Part shown: in pieces, positions 28,153-43,100 of the stretch | Layout: every line of letters starts with the position of its first letter | Position numbering within the stretch: the first letter of the stretch is position 1 | Notes under the pieces: model-generated | Told to the model about the DNA's origin: nothing | Database searches by the model: none | The model's input: only the letters and a program-made list of their open reading frames with translations | NCBI GenBank assembly: GCA_964016885.1 | Contig: OZ024742.1 | Location: 337,528,001 to 337,592,000, forward strand | Origin: Eledone cirrhosa | Taxonomy: Eukaryota | Direction of reading: 5' to 3' | Length of the DNA stretch: 64,000 bases | Translations under genes and position numbers: made by a program

Positions 28153-31100
28153 CTGGCAAATAAAATTAATTTTATACCAAACCATTTAAACCTGCCCTGG
28201 CTCTACAATACATAACTCTTTTTCATACAAAACTCCTTAAAACTGTTTATTTTAACCCTTTAGCATTTACATTACTCTATATATACTATTTTATTTTTGT
28301 GGTAAATGCTTTATCTTACATAATTATCTCACATAATATCAAATCTATGAGATTTTATGTTATCTTTTTCGAGAAAAATACCATAACGTCTGTATGAGCG
28401 GCCAGTTACGACCAGTTTGAACAGAAACAGGTGAGAGAGTTTTGGCCGGATACGCCGATTTAAATGCTAAAGGGCTAAGGTGTTTATCATCATCATCGTT
28501 TAACGTCTATCTTCCACGCTAACATGGGTTTATACAGGAGTTGTCCTACTTGAGGCAAGAATGGTCGGGTGATCATGTCTCGCTCGTATAGGACTGTCTG
28601 GCAGGTTTTCTACGGCTGGATGCCCCTAACACCAACCACATTTTCTTAAAACTTTCCATCATAAATTTATGTAAGGACCTTTGTTAAGTTATACCCCAAA
28701 CATCGGCTTAATAATGAGAAAGTTAGTTATATTACTAAGTCCCTGCAAATTCTAAATGTTCTCAAAATTATTTAAAAATCATGAGCAGTGTCTTTTATTA
28801 GAAATGTGGTCACAAAAAGGGTTAAATCATATATCAACCCTTTAAACTCTGGCCCCTTGTCACATATGCTGAGCCCAACCCTGGGCGTCAGCTCCAAATA
28901 AAAACAAATAACTGAAAAAAATCTATGCTCATCCATTAAATCTGAGAAAAAAAATAATCGATATGGGAAGTTGACAAAAATCACCACAATGCCTTTCTGA
29001 AGGACTCAAACTGAAGCAATATTATTAAACATCATCATTTTATAATACCCTTCCATGCTGGCAAGGGTTGGATGGATTGTCATGGTCCATCTCCAGTCTT
29101 GCTGTTGGAGGCTCTGAAAAACGTCACACATGCTACCAGGGCCAGCTCTACCATTAAGGCCAAGTAGGCAGCCACCTAGAGTACAAACCTCAGAGAGATA
29201 CATTACTGAACCTTAAAGAATCATTTTTATACAAATTTGTCAGGGAGGTCAAGAGCCCCATTTCAGTACTGACTGTCTGTGAAGACCAGTCCAACACTTT
29301 CTAGCAGGGAAAATGGGTGTTAAATGATGACAATTTCCTGCAACCAATAAATAAATCGCTAAACATCTTTGCCATGTAGCAGCATTGTTGAAATACCATA
29401 AGTGGTAGAGAAGGTCATATGATGTTATGACCTGTAACATGATTTGGTATGGGTGAGTGTGGACTGTGTAGTAGAAAATACCAGCTTAGCAATTTTCTTA
29501 CAGTGGTCAGAACCAAAAATGTCAAAAACTAGGTTCATCAGCTTACCAAACTGTAAATTGAAATTATTTGGGAGAATGGGACACATATTGTAAAGCTAGT
29601 TTAGCATGTCAAATACCCAAGTATCAGCTCTGGATGCTACACTTATTTCTACTAATCTTACAAAAATGTTTTAAATCAGGCATGGGCAACCTTTTTTGAT
29701 AAGCGGGCCGCATGAGATATGGCTTATCATCAGGGTGGTCGCAATCATTAATTTACATTCGTGCCTATATTAAAAAAAGGGCGGTAACTCAGGTTGTTTT
29801 GATTTGTTTTTTCAGAATACGTACAGATTGTTTTCCTTGATCGTAAAAATGATAGAAAGATGAATTACGACTGAAACGTTGGAGTAAAAAGATCAGAAAG
29901 ATTTCACTTAGGTGACTTAGACAAGCCATTCAGAAAGCTTTGGGCTGCAGGTTGCCCATGATTGTTTTAAATCTTCCTCTAGATAAGAAACCAGTCTATT
30001 TCCTAGTTGACTGACACATATTTCTAATTGATAGACAAACAAGCAAATCAAAACAATGTACAATAAACTTTTCTCCAGAGAACAAATATCTAAGGTGCAT
30101 TTGAACCCATTATCAATGAGTACATACACCAATACATTATCCACTCGGCTATATTGTGTCTACTGTTAGGTGGTGCTTTACACTTCCCAATAGTTGCAGC
30201 ATTGGATTTGAATTGTAAAGTTATATTTCATTTATGACTACATCACAGGTGTGGCTGTGTGGTTAAGAATTGAGTTAATGAACCTCCATTGGTTTCAATG
30301 ATGTGTGTTCTAGTTGTTCAAACAACGAAGCAGCCAGTCCATGTAAGTGGCTGAGTATTCCACAGATACATGTACCCTTAACCCTTTCGTTACCAACTCA
30401 GCTAAAACCAGCTCTGGTTCTATGAAATAAAACCACCCATTTTAAAGGTTTCCAAATTAAATTAAAATCTTCCAACATAATTTTATATAAGAACCTTACA
30501 TTAAGTTACTATCTTAGTAATGAAATAATTAATCATTTTAGTAAATCCATCAAAATTCTTCATTAATTAATTAAAATAAAATGTATTTCATTAGAAATGC
30601 AGCCATGAAAGGATTAATATAATTCTCAGGGAGATTCAGCATAACACAGCCATGAAAAGGTTAATATAATTCTCAGAGAGATTCAGCATGACACAGTATG
30701 TGATATGGCTGATCTTATTAGAGGTAGAGTTCATCAAACTGATTTCCAGCAGTTTCCATCTTCCTAGTTTCTCTCACAAGACATGAGTCAACCTAAGGTT
30801 ATGATAAAATATCACTTGCACAAGATGTCACACAGGATTGAACCTGGAACCTGATGATTGCAAAGTAAACCTCTTAACCATTCAGCTATGCTGCTTCCAC
30901 ATGGTTAAGAAGTTCACTTTGCAACTACATGGTTTTAGGATCAGTCCCATTGTACTTTGGCTGATCCCTGATCAATATAAACCACAACCTACCTTATTGA
31001 AAAAAAGACATATCAGGTTAACTATTGCTACTTTAGGCACAAGACCAGCAATTTTGGGGGAGAAGAAAGTCGATTAAATCGACTCCAGTGTATTACTGGT

Positions 31101-34100
31101 GCTTTATTTTATCGACACTATAAGGATGAAAGGCAAAGGTAACCTTAGTGGGATTTGAACTCAGAACGCAAAGGGGCGTAACTATGTGCTGTTAAGCATA
31201 ATGTCAGACACTCTATCGATACTGCCAATTCTATTAGATGTGATCCACGATATACAGAAAGACAGGATAGTCACAGTTGGAATATCTTAGATCAAAGGTC
31301 TTCTTGATCAGAGGTAACCTGAGGTTAAACAACAGCAACAACAACACCTATAGCAACTTACAATCCCTTTCTGATTTTCTGAAGGATGTCAATAAATTTG
31401 GGGTCATCTTGTCGTTTGATTTCTGTCAATTCTAAGTTAACACTGATACATTTCCTCCAAGCAGGGGACTGAAAAATATGACAAAGGAGAAAGATGAAAA
31501 CTAAACTAACAACAGAGTATGAGTGGAATATATATAGTAAATATATGGTATATATATCAAGTGTCCACAGGATACTAGCTCCTTCTATTGCCCAGATGGT
31601 TCTATAGAAATAGTAGACACTTTCCGTTACCTGGGTGACGAAATCAGCAGTGGTAGAGGGTGTTCTGAAAGTACCGTAGCCAGAGTCAGAACGGGATGGA
31701 AAAAGTTCAGAGAGCTTATACCGCTGTTGGCCACAAAAGGTTTCTCTCTAAAAATGCAAGGCAGATTGTATGATGCCTGTATACGAACAGCAATGCTACA
31801 TTGCAGTGAGACATGGGCATTACGTGCAGAGGACCTGCATAGACTGGAAAGGAACGAAGCATGCATGCTCCGTTGGATGTGTAATAGTAATATACGTGAA
31901 CGGCAAAGCATAAATAAACTAAGGGAGAAATTAGGAATAACAGGGATCAGATGCTGTTTATTTGAGAGAAGACTATGTTGGTATGGTCACGTGATGCGCA
32001 TGAAAGACAACAGTTGTATAAAAAAGTGCAGGGCAATCAAAATTGATGGTAGTTACGGAGTAGGTAGACCCAGAAAAACTAGGAACAATCTGATAAATTC
32101 CGACCTTACACACTTACACCTCTCTAAGACAATGTCACTGGACCGAGATCTTTGGCGCTATACAGTAATACAGAAGACCCGTCTTGCCTATGTACAAAGC
32201 GAATCCTACACTCAGTAGGCACCTCTTAACCAAATATACACCCCAATTCACTACCCCTACCCTATCCTCCCACTCCCACCAACACCACGAGATAATGAGA
32301 TCCAGATCATGTAGGTGTCACAACAAAAAAACACAGTCCACACTGTAATGTAGGTAACACGGTAAAAAGTTCCCAGTTCCACACTGTAAATGTGGTTGGT
32401 GTTAGGAAGGGCATCCAGCCATAGAAAACCTGCCAGATAGATATGAGCGAGACACGGTCACCCGACCAACCTTGCCTCAAGTGAGACAACTCCCGTCTAA
32501 CCCATGCTAGCGTGGAAGATGTACGTTAAACAATGATGATGATGATGATGATGATATATATATATAGTGTATGATTTGTGCAGTAGCATCATTGTCAACT
32601 GCTACAAAGGTAAAGGTGATGCACTAGATAGAGGAAACTATAGAGGTATAAAGCCGATGGACCAGATCATGAAAGTAACAGAAAGAGTTATAGCACAGTT
32701 GATTAGGGACCGAGTGAAACTAGATGAGATGCAATTTGGGTTTATGCCAGGAAGAGGCACCACTGATGGCCTCTTCCTTTGTGAGGCAGTAACAGGAAAA
32801 GTACCTAGCTAAAAGTAAGCCACTCTACCTGGCATTCGTCGATCTCGAGAAAGCCTTTGACAGAGTTCCCCGAGCTATAATCTGGTGGGCTCTTAGAAAA
32901 CTAGGAGTAGATGAATGGCTTGTGAAAGCTGTACAAGCCATGTATAGGGGAGCAGTCAGCAAAGTTAGGATTAGCAATGAGTATAGTGAGGAATTTAGCG
33001 TACAGATCGGTGTCCACCAGGGCTCTGTTCTTACCCCTCTCCTGTTCATCATAGTCCTGCAGGCAATAACGGAAATTCCAAACTTCGAAGCAGGGACTAG
33101 AAACAAAGGGTCTCAAAGTCAACCTGACAAAGACTAAGGTCCTTGTAAGTAGATGAGAAAACAGAACCCAGATCCCCTCAGAGAATGGCCTTGCTCAGTA
33201 TGTAGGAAAGGTGTAGGTAGGAACTCCATTCTCTGTCCCAAATGCAAACAATGGGTACACAAGAGATATAGCGGGATCTCAGGAAGCTTAACTAAGAATG
33301 TAGGCTTCACATGTAGCAGCTGTGCTGGGACAGCAAGCAGCAAACAGCCACAGGAAACAAGTACCACCAATCTCTGGGAGGGCTCTGTAGAAACAGTAGA
33401 CAGCTTCTGCTACCTAGGTGAACATATTAGCAGCGGAGGTTGGTGTTCGGAAAGTACAATAACTTGGGTAAGAACGGGATGGAAGAAGTTCAGGGAGCTA
33501 CTGCCACTGCTAGCTGCAAAAGGCTTTTCCCTCAAAATGAAAGGCAGACTGTATGATGCATGTATACGAACAGCAATGTTACATGGTAGTGAGACCTGGG
33601 CGCTGATTGTGGAAGACTTGCGGAGATGAGAAAGAAACGAAGCCTGCATTCTCCGATGGATGTGTAATAGTAATATACGCGAACGGCAAAGCATAAATGA
33701 ATTGAGAGAGAGACTGAGCGTAAGAGGAATCAAATGCTGTGTGCAGGAGAGGCGGTTGCATTGGTATGGACATGTGATGCGTATGAAGGATGACAGCTGC
33801 ATAAAAAGGTGCAGAGCACTAGAAGTCGATGGAAACCGCGGAGTGGGGAGACCCAAGAAAGCCTGGGATGAGGTGATAAAAGCCGACCTTACCCAATTAC
33901 ACCTCTCAAAGGCGATGACACACGACCATGACCTCTGGCATCACGCAGTAATACAGGAGACCCGACCTCCTACGGGTACAAGCCGAAGCTGAAGCATATA
34001 GACAATATGCCCCCACACCCTCCCACTGCAAAGTGGTCATGGAGGGGCCACAACAAAAAAGCACCCAGCCCACACTGTAAAGTGGATGTGTAGGCACCAC

Positions 34101-37100
34101 GGAAAAAAAGCACCCAGCACTCACTGTAAATGAGGTTGGTGTTAGGAAGGGCATCCAGCTGTAGAAATCAAGCCAGAATCAGTTCCCGTCCCACCCTTGC
34201 AAGCAGGGAAAAGCGGACGTAAAATGAAATGATGATGATGATGATCCAGCTGTAGAAATCAAGCCATAATCAGTTCCTGTATGGCGGGATGGGGGAAGTA
34301 GAGAACACTATCAAGTGGCCAGGAGAGAAGCTAGGAGACAAGTGTACTTTGCAAGAAGGGAAGCAGAGGATAGAAAGTTCAAGCATGTTCTACAACGCGA
34401 GGACCAAAAACGTGAGGTGTTCATGATTGCTAGACAGTGTCAAGGTAAACCGTGATATTGTCGGGGAGAAGTGTGTCCGTAATGATGATGGTGTACTGAT
34501 AAGAGGGTAGCTTAGAAGTGTTGCTATGAGAGACTACTAAATGAGGAGAATAAAGGGGAAAAAGATACTCTGCCCCAAATTGATCCAATAGAGGGACCAG
34601 CAGTGCAAGTTAAAGGTAGTATAATAAGGCAATCAAAGATATGAAGACAGGCAAGGCAGCTGTAGTATGTAGAAAGGAAAATAGGGCACAGGTACCCTCT
34701 AGGAAATGGCCATGCTCAGTGTGTAAGAAAGGAGTAGGTAGAAATTCCATTTTATGTCCCAAATGCAAACTATGGGTACATAAAAAATGCCCACAGGATA
34801 CTAGCTCCTTCTATTGCCCAGATGGTTCTATAGAAATAGTGGACACCTTCCATCACCTGGGTGACAAAATCAGCAGTGGTAGAGGGTGCTCTGAAAGTAC
34901 AGTAGCCAGAGTCAGAACGGGATGGAAAAAGTTCAGAGTGCTTATACCACTATTGGCCACTAAAGGTTTCTCTCTAAAAATGAAAGGCAGATTGTATGAT
35001 GCTTGTATACGAACAGCAATGCTACATGGTAGTGAAACATGGGCATTACGTGCAGAGGACCTGTGTAGACTGGAAAGGAACGAAGCTTGCATGCTCCGTT
35101 GGATGTGTAATAGTAATATACGCGAACGGCAAAGCATAAATGAACTAAGTGAGAAATTAGGAATAAGAGGGATCAGATGCTGTTTACTTGAGAGAAGACT
35201 ACGTTGGTATGGTCACGTGATGCGCATGAAAGACAACAGTTGTATAAAAAAGTGCAGGGCAATCAAAATTAATGGAAGTTACAAAGTAGGTAGACCCAGA
35301 AAAACTGGGAACGATTTGATAAATTCCGACCTTACACACTTGCACCTCTCTAAGACAATGTCATTGGACCGAGATCTTTGGTGCCACGCTGTAATACAGA
35401 AGACCCGCCTTGCCTATGTACAAAGCGAAACTGACAGTCAGTAGGCACCTCTTAACCAAATATACACCCCAACTCACTACCTGTACTCCACCCCCACCAA
35501 CACCAGCCTTTCTCTGTAAAGTTATGTTGGTACCACAACATTCAGTCCAAAATAAATGAGGTCGTGTAGGTGTCACGACAAAAAAATGCACATGTCCATG
35601 CTGTAATGTGGCAGTGTAGCTAACATGGTAAAAAAACCCCAGTTCACACTGTAAACGTGGTTTGTGTTAGGAAGGGCATCCAGCCGTAGAAAACCTGCTA
35701 GACAGTCCTATACGAGCAAGACATGGTCACCCGACCAATCTTGCCTCAAGTACGACAATTCCTGTCTAAACCCATGCTAGCGTGGAAGATAGCCGTTAAA
35801 TGATGATGATGATATATATATATTAGTAAGGGTGCAATTGGATTGCATTCACAGGCGGTATGCCAAGATGAGCACTCGATGCTATTACATGTTTCACTGT
35901 TAATCAGCTCAAGGAACGATCGATTCTGTTCGTTCCTGACTCTGGAATCGAAAGCTCCTGAGATATGTGCTTTCACATGTAGACTAATGTACAAATGTTT
36001 AGCATAGAAAAAGGATGTCAAATGATGATGATGATTTAATAATAAACTCATCACAAAAATACAGGATCATCATCATCATCACCACCATCATCATCATTTA
36101 AGGTCCACTTCCTATCACCAACCATTTTACAGTGTGTATGGGTGCATTTATCATGTAAATCACCAACATTAGGGAAATTGTCATGCACTTGACATGGCTG
36201 GGGGGTTCTCTCGACCCTTTGTCTGGCAACATATCAGAAATAATATCTAACCTGGAAACAAAATTTCTTTTTATCAGAATTTTTGGTAACTGGTGGTAAC
36301 TGTAAGAAATCTCCACAGACAATGACTTGAATGCCACCAAATGGTTTGTCATTTCTTCGAACAAATCTGGAATAGAGGAATAGTATTATTAGCATATATT
36401 ATATAAACATGAAGATAGTACAAGTGATAAATGTTGGAGATAGGGGTACTGAATGGTTTGATTTTGAGTTGAGGAAGGATGAAAGGGACTGAATGAGAGG
36501 AACAAAGTCAGTGGTGTATGTGTTGAGGAGAAGTGGAATGAGATGACTGAGTCATGTGTTGAAGAACAATGAAAATGATTGTGTGAGAGGAATAGAGTCA
36601 ATGATGAAAGTTGTGAAAAGAAATAGAATGAGATGGCTGGGTCACGTGTTGAGGAAGAATGAAAGTGACTAGGTGAGGAGTGATGGGGACAAAGCCAATT
36701 ATGTATGTTATGAAGAGATATGTTAATATTATGATGTTTTTTTATATAAATGTGGTTGGCATTAGGAAGAGCATCCAGCCATAGAAACTAAGCCAAAATC
36801 AGTTCTGTATGAGCAAGACATGATCATCTGAACCCAACTTGCTTCAAATAGGACAACCTGTCTAACCCATGCTAGCGTGGAAAATGGACGTTAAACAGTG
36901 ATGATGATGTTGATGATGAACATGGGAATGGTGGGAACAGAGTCAGTGATGAATATAATTATAATTAGACACACAAGTGCTATAATTGTGTAGCAGGCAA
37001 GCTAATATAGGTGGATAGACAAAGAGAGTTGGTATTGAGAGCACTATTGAAATAAACTTTTTCTACTCTGGGCAAAGTGCCTTAGAAGTAGCTGATAGAT

Positions 37101-40100
37101 TCTGTTATCTAACTGACCTAATTAGTTGTGGGGGAGATTGCTCTGACAATGTAGTAGCTAAAATAAGAATAGGGTAGAAAAGAGTTAGGGAGCATCTTCC
37201 TCTGTTGTTAACAAGCTCTTCAAGTGAAAAGTAGACCGTATGGTGCTACTATGATATGTACAATGTTGCACAGCAGGGAGGTATACAGTATAGACAGTTG
37301 ATATATGGAAGCTGCAGAGAAATGGACTGAACCTACTGCATAATATTTGAGTGCATGAATAGCAAAGCTGGGATGAGCTGAGAGATAAACTGAACATAAG
37401 AAGAGGAATAAGAGATATATATATATATATATATATAATCATCATCATCATCATCGTTTAGAGTATCTTCCACGCTAGCATGTCCCACTTGAGGCAAGAT
37501 TGATCGGGTGACCGTGTCTCGCTCATATAGGACTATCTGGCGGGTTTTCTACGGCTGGATACCCTGCCTAACACCAACCACATTTACAGTGTGGAACTGG
37601 GAACTTTTTACCGTGTTAGCTACATGACCACATTGCAGCGTGGACTGTATTTTTTTTTATTGTGACACTTACACGACCTTATTTGTTTGGACTGGATGTT
37701 GTGGTACCAACATAACTTTATAGAGAAAGGGTGGTGTTGGCAGGAGTGGACGGATGGAGTAGGGTAGTGGGTTGGGTGTATCTTTGGTTTGGAGTGGCCT
37801 ACTGACTGTAGGTTAACTTTGCATGTAGGGAAGGTGGGTCTTCTGTATTACTGCATGGCGCCAAAGATCTCGATCCAGTGACATTACCTTAGAGAGGTGC
37901 AAGTGTGCAAGGTCGGAATTTATCAAGCCATCCCAGGTTTTTCTGGGTCTACCTACTCCGTAACTCCCATCAATTTTCATCGTCCTGCAATTTTTTATAC
38001 ACCTGTTGTCACATGACCATACCAACGTAATCTTCTCTCAAGTAAACAGCATCTGATCTCTCTTATTCCTAATTTCTCACTTAGTTCGTTTATGGTTTGC
38101 CGTTCACGTATATTACTATTACACATCCAACGGAGCATGCATGCCTCATTCCTTTCCAGTCTGCGCAGGTCCTCTGCACACAATGCCCATGTCTCACTAC
38201 CAAGTCACATTGCTGTTCGTATACAAGCATCATACAATCTGCCTGTGGCCAACAGTGGTATAAGCTCTCTGAACTTTTTCCATCCCGTTCTAACTCTGGC
38301 TACTGTACTTTCCACCACTGCTGATTTTGTCACCCAGAAAGTATCCATTATTTCTATAGAACCATCTGGGCAGTAGAAGGAGTTAGTATCTAGTGGGCAT
38401 TTGCTACTTATTGCACCTGAACATCGGCCACATATAAAATCTACGTTCTTAGATAGCTTGCCTGTGATCCCACTACATTTTTTATGTACTCATAGGTTGC
38501 ATTTGGGACATAAAATGGAATTTCTACCTACTCCTTTACTACACACTCAGCATTGCCATTTCCCAGAGAGAGGCTGTGCCCTATTTTCCTTTCTACAAAC
38601 TAGAACTTTAGTCTTAGACAAGTTAACTTTAAGGCCTTTTGATTCTAGGCAATGCTTCCATGTTTGGAATTTCTTCTCTAGTTCAGTCATTGATTCAGCT
38701 ATGAGAGTTAGATCATCTGCGTATAGGAGTTCCCATGGGCAGCCGGTCTTGAACTCCTCTGTTATAGCCTGAAGGGCAATAATAAATAGTAGGGAGCTAA
38801 GGACAGAGCCTTGGTGAACAACTTTTACGCTAAACTCTTCACTATATTCATTGTTAATTTTAATCTTACTGACTGTTTCATTATACATAGCTTGTATAAC
38901 TCTCACAAGCCATTCATCTACACCTAGTTTTCTAAGGGCCCACCAGATAATGGAGTGGGGAACTCTGTCAAAGGCTTTCTCCAAGTCAACAAAAGGTAAG
39001 TAGAGGGGTTTACTTTTAGCTAGGTACTTCTGTAGTTGTCGTACAAGGAAAAGAACATCTGTGGTACTTTTACCTGACACAAACCCAAACTGCATTTCAT
39101 CTATATCAATTTGATCTCTGATTAACTGTGCTATAACTCTTTCTGTGACCTTCATGACCTGGTCAACTAACTTAATACCTTTAGAGCATCTCCTTTACCC
39201 TTGTAGCAGTTAACGATGATTCTGCTACACCAGTCCTTTGGTATGACACCGTTCTGTATTACTTGGTTTACTACCCGGGTGACCATAGTATGTCCCATCA
39301 TTCCAGATGCTTTCAGCATCTCAACAACTATCTCCGAAGGCCCAGCTGCCTTTCCTGTCTTCATATCTTTGATTCCCTTACTTATTATACTACCTTCAAC
39401 TTGCACTGCTGGTCCCTCTATTGGATCAATTTGGGGCAGACTATCTTTTTCCCATTTATTCTCCTCATTTAGTAGTCTCTCGTAGTGACACTTCCAAGCT
39501 ACCTTCGTATCAATATCGCTGAGGGCAAGTATACCATCATCATTACGGACACACTACTCCCCGACAATATCATGGTTTTCTTTGACACATTGTCTTGTAA
39601 TCCTGAACACCTCACATTTTTGGCCCTCACGTTGTAGAACATGCTTGAACTTTCTATCCTCTGCTTCCCTTCTTGCAAAGTACATTTGTCTCCAACTTTC
39701 TCTCCTGGCCACTTGATAGTGTTCTCTACTTCCCCCATCCCGCCATACTTTCCAAGGTTGCTTTTTGGCCTTTATTCTCTCCTCCACCTTACTGTTCCAC
39801 CACCAAGTTACTCTCCTCCTGCCTATAGGTCTGCTCCAGCCACAGACTTCATCTGTCGCCTTCAGCAGGTTAACTTTCAGGAATCCCACTGTTCCTCTAT
39901 ATTGTACGTCTCTAATTGCTCTTCCTTACTGTCAAAAGCATCAAGTAATATGCTTTTAAATTTGTTACTGGCTGTGGGGTCCTTCAACTTCCATATTCTT
40001 CTCCTGAAATTAGTCCTCCTCTGTCGTCGAGTATGTCTAGTCCTGACCATGAGGTCACTAACTATTAGCCTATGTTGGGAGGTGCATTCTTCACGGGGAG

Positions 40101-43100
40101 GAATTTAGTGTTTACAACAGACTCTCTGTTACATCTTTTAGTAAGGATATAATCTATCTGGCTGGTGTGTTCCCCTGATCTATAGGTGATCAAGTGATTT
40201 TCTCATCCTTTTTTGAAGTTACAGATATTTAGGTTATTAGCGTCACAGAATTCGAGGATTCTGAAGCCTTCCTCATTTCTAGTACCAAACCAATAGCCTC
40301 CATGGATTCCATCATAGCCGTCACAATGTTGTCCAACGTGACCATTTAGGTCGCCAGCATTAATTATGTAGTCACTGTCGGTTATTTGGGAAGTAGTGTG
40401 CATTAGCGACTCATAGAATCTGTCTTTTATAATGTCAAGTAGGCCAGATTGGGGTGCATAAGCGGATATTATTGTCACAGTAATTCTATTTAGAATTAAT
40501 CTTATTTTAATTATTCTGTCGTTCACTCTATTTACGTCTATTATCTTATCCAGCCATTTTTCTGCTAGCATGATTCCTACTCCATTCAGTCTCTTGTCAT
40601 TTCCCACCCAGAAAAGTTTATAGCATCGTTTTTTACCCACAATGAATCTAGCAGACCCACCTCTCCACCTAGTCTCTTGAACACAACAAACATTAACTTC
40701 CTTACGTTCAAGTATCTTTACAACCTCATTTGAGCGACCTTTCAAAGTGCCAACGTTCATGGTACTAACTCTGAAGTTTTGGATTTTGTTGGGTGGGTTG
40801 AAGGGATGGGTTTGGGTTGGAGGCGCAGGAAGGGGTGTAGGAGATGGAATCATGTTGGTCATCCGTATCTGAAATAAAGAGGAGTCCCTGCACTCTTGTC
40901 CGGCAGTGCGAGGTGAATTTATCTTTATCTGTGACATTGTCACTGAGTGTTCAGATTGTTTAGACTCTCCAAATTCTGTAGTCCATTTATTTTACTGAAA
41001 AGCAACCAGGTCTAAACCCAAGGAGCAATAGCCAAGGCAGTGGCTTTGTGACAGAGATTGGTAAGAGAAACCTACTATAAACCGCTGAGTCATGATTGTA
41101 CCAAACAGCAACTGCGGCATATGGGGGCAGGGAGGAGGGAAATGGGTAACTCCACGAGAAGATCAGCTCTTAGAAAGGGTCCAACAGAATTATCCATATT
41201 ATTGAAAAGATTAGATTCTAAGTTAAACGATCATATAATAACAGTTCAAATACTGATGGCCAAGGAAAGGCAACAAAAAAATGAACAGCTTACATTACAT
41301 TTCTCAAATCAACAATTCAGCAGTAAGGTTAGATAAATTCTGGTATTGTACCCTACAGAGCTTATTTTATATATTTGCGGAGAGAATAGGGGAATTAAGA
41401 GAAGATGTAAGCGTATAAACAATGTATGAGAGAGAGGGGGGGGGGGGGATTCTAGAAGTAAATAATAACAATGGGCAACTTTACGAGAAGATTAGTTTTT
41501 AAAAAGGGTCCAACAGATTTATCCATATTATTGAAAAGATTAGATTCTAAGTTAAACAAACATATAATAATAGTTTAAATACTGATGGCCAATGGACCAA
41601 GAACAAGGAAAGGCAACAAAAAACTGAACAGCCCACATCACATCTCCCAAATCAACAATTCAGCAGTAAGGTTAGATAGATACATATTAACATTTTCTAC
41701 ATAAACTTTATTTAACTTTTTATGAAACTTCTTGCATAAACATCTTTGCCTATAACTAATTCATCATATAATTGTTTCTACTTCTGGCACAAGGCCAGCA
41801 ATTATCCCAGTGTATTACTGGTACTTTATTTTATCGACTCCGTAAGGATGAAAGGCAAAGTTAACCTCGGCGGGATTTGAACTAGACCATTCATCATATA
41901 ATGCTTATAATATATAACACCTATATGCATGTTATCACTACACATTTGTCTTACCTTAATGCATGCTTTATGATATTATTTACATTCTTGATATATTGAT
42001 TTTTAAGTAATACTCTCTTCATAATACTTTGCAATATTTTACTATCTTTTCATTATAATATTATTTTGCTCTTACTCTTCAATATATTGTAACTGACACT
42101 AATAATAATAATTTTAATGTATCGTAATGAATGTTCTCAGGATTAGGAATTTATTTAATTGTTTTAACATTGTATATGCTCTGATGATTCCAGACATTTG
42201 TCTGGAAGAAACGATCGCTAGCAATTAAATGCATTAAACAAAAATTTTATTGTTTTCTATGTTGTATATATATATCCAGCTGTAAAATCCTTGTCCAAAT
42301 TTACAGCCCTCGTCGGAGCAAGGTATGGCATGGCCAACTCTGGCCAGACTTGTTTCCCAACATGGACAACACATCTAACCAATGCAAGGATGGAAAAATG
42401 GATGCTAAACAGTGATGATGATATATAAGAACAGATGAAAAGCAACAAAATAAAGTTTGCTCACCGAGCCACTGCCTCCAGTTTATTAAAGTAATCCCTG
42501 TGTACCATGGATATTTCATCAATTATCAAGTGGTGACATTTCGTCCAGTTCTGTTTGACTGTTGGTCTATTAGCTAACTGCACACACTGCTCCAATGTAC
42601 CATTTGCAGAACCAATTCCTGTGGACAGAGAATGAAATATGAACACTGGAACCAACATGTAATGTATATGGCTGATGGTAGTTCAGTAAAGATATGCCAG
42701 GAGATCCAAGTTGAAGATAAATCGAGATGAGGAAGACCAATGAAGGCTTGGGCAGAACACCTTGCTTCCCTGGGCATGGATACATTAACGCTCCCACATC
42801 TGGCAATTGACTTGGTAAACACCCACAAGATTATTAGCCATCTTTCCAACAACAACTCTGAGCACCTTTTTGAATTCCATCTATCTAACACCCGTGCACA
42901 TGCTTACAAAATCAGAAAACAGTACAGCTGACATGACTTTCGGAAACATGTTTTTCATGCTCAGAGTTGCTGAAGCATGGAACAAACTACCTGGACATTG
43001 CATCCTTCAAAAAGTTCATGCTTCCCGAAATTCGACAACACTACACCTGATATTCCCCCGCCATACACATGCAACCATGTGTATGTGTGTGTGTGTGTAT

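Noticed and set aside
29079-29290. 11-12-bp matches to the satellite monomer (GTCATGGTCCA, TGTGAAGACCAG)
   Set aside because: Too short and 200 bp apart; compatible with chance.
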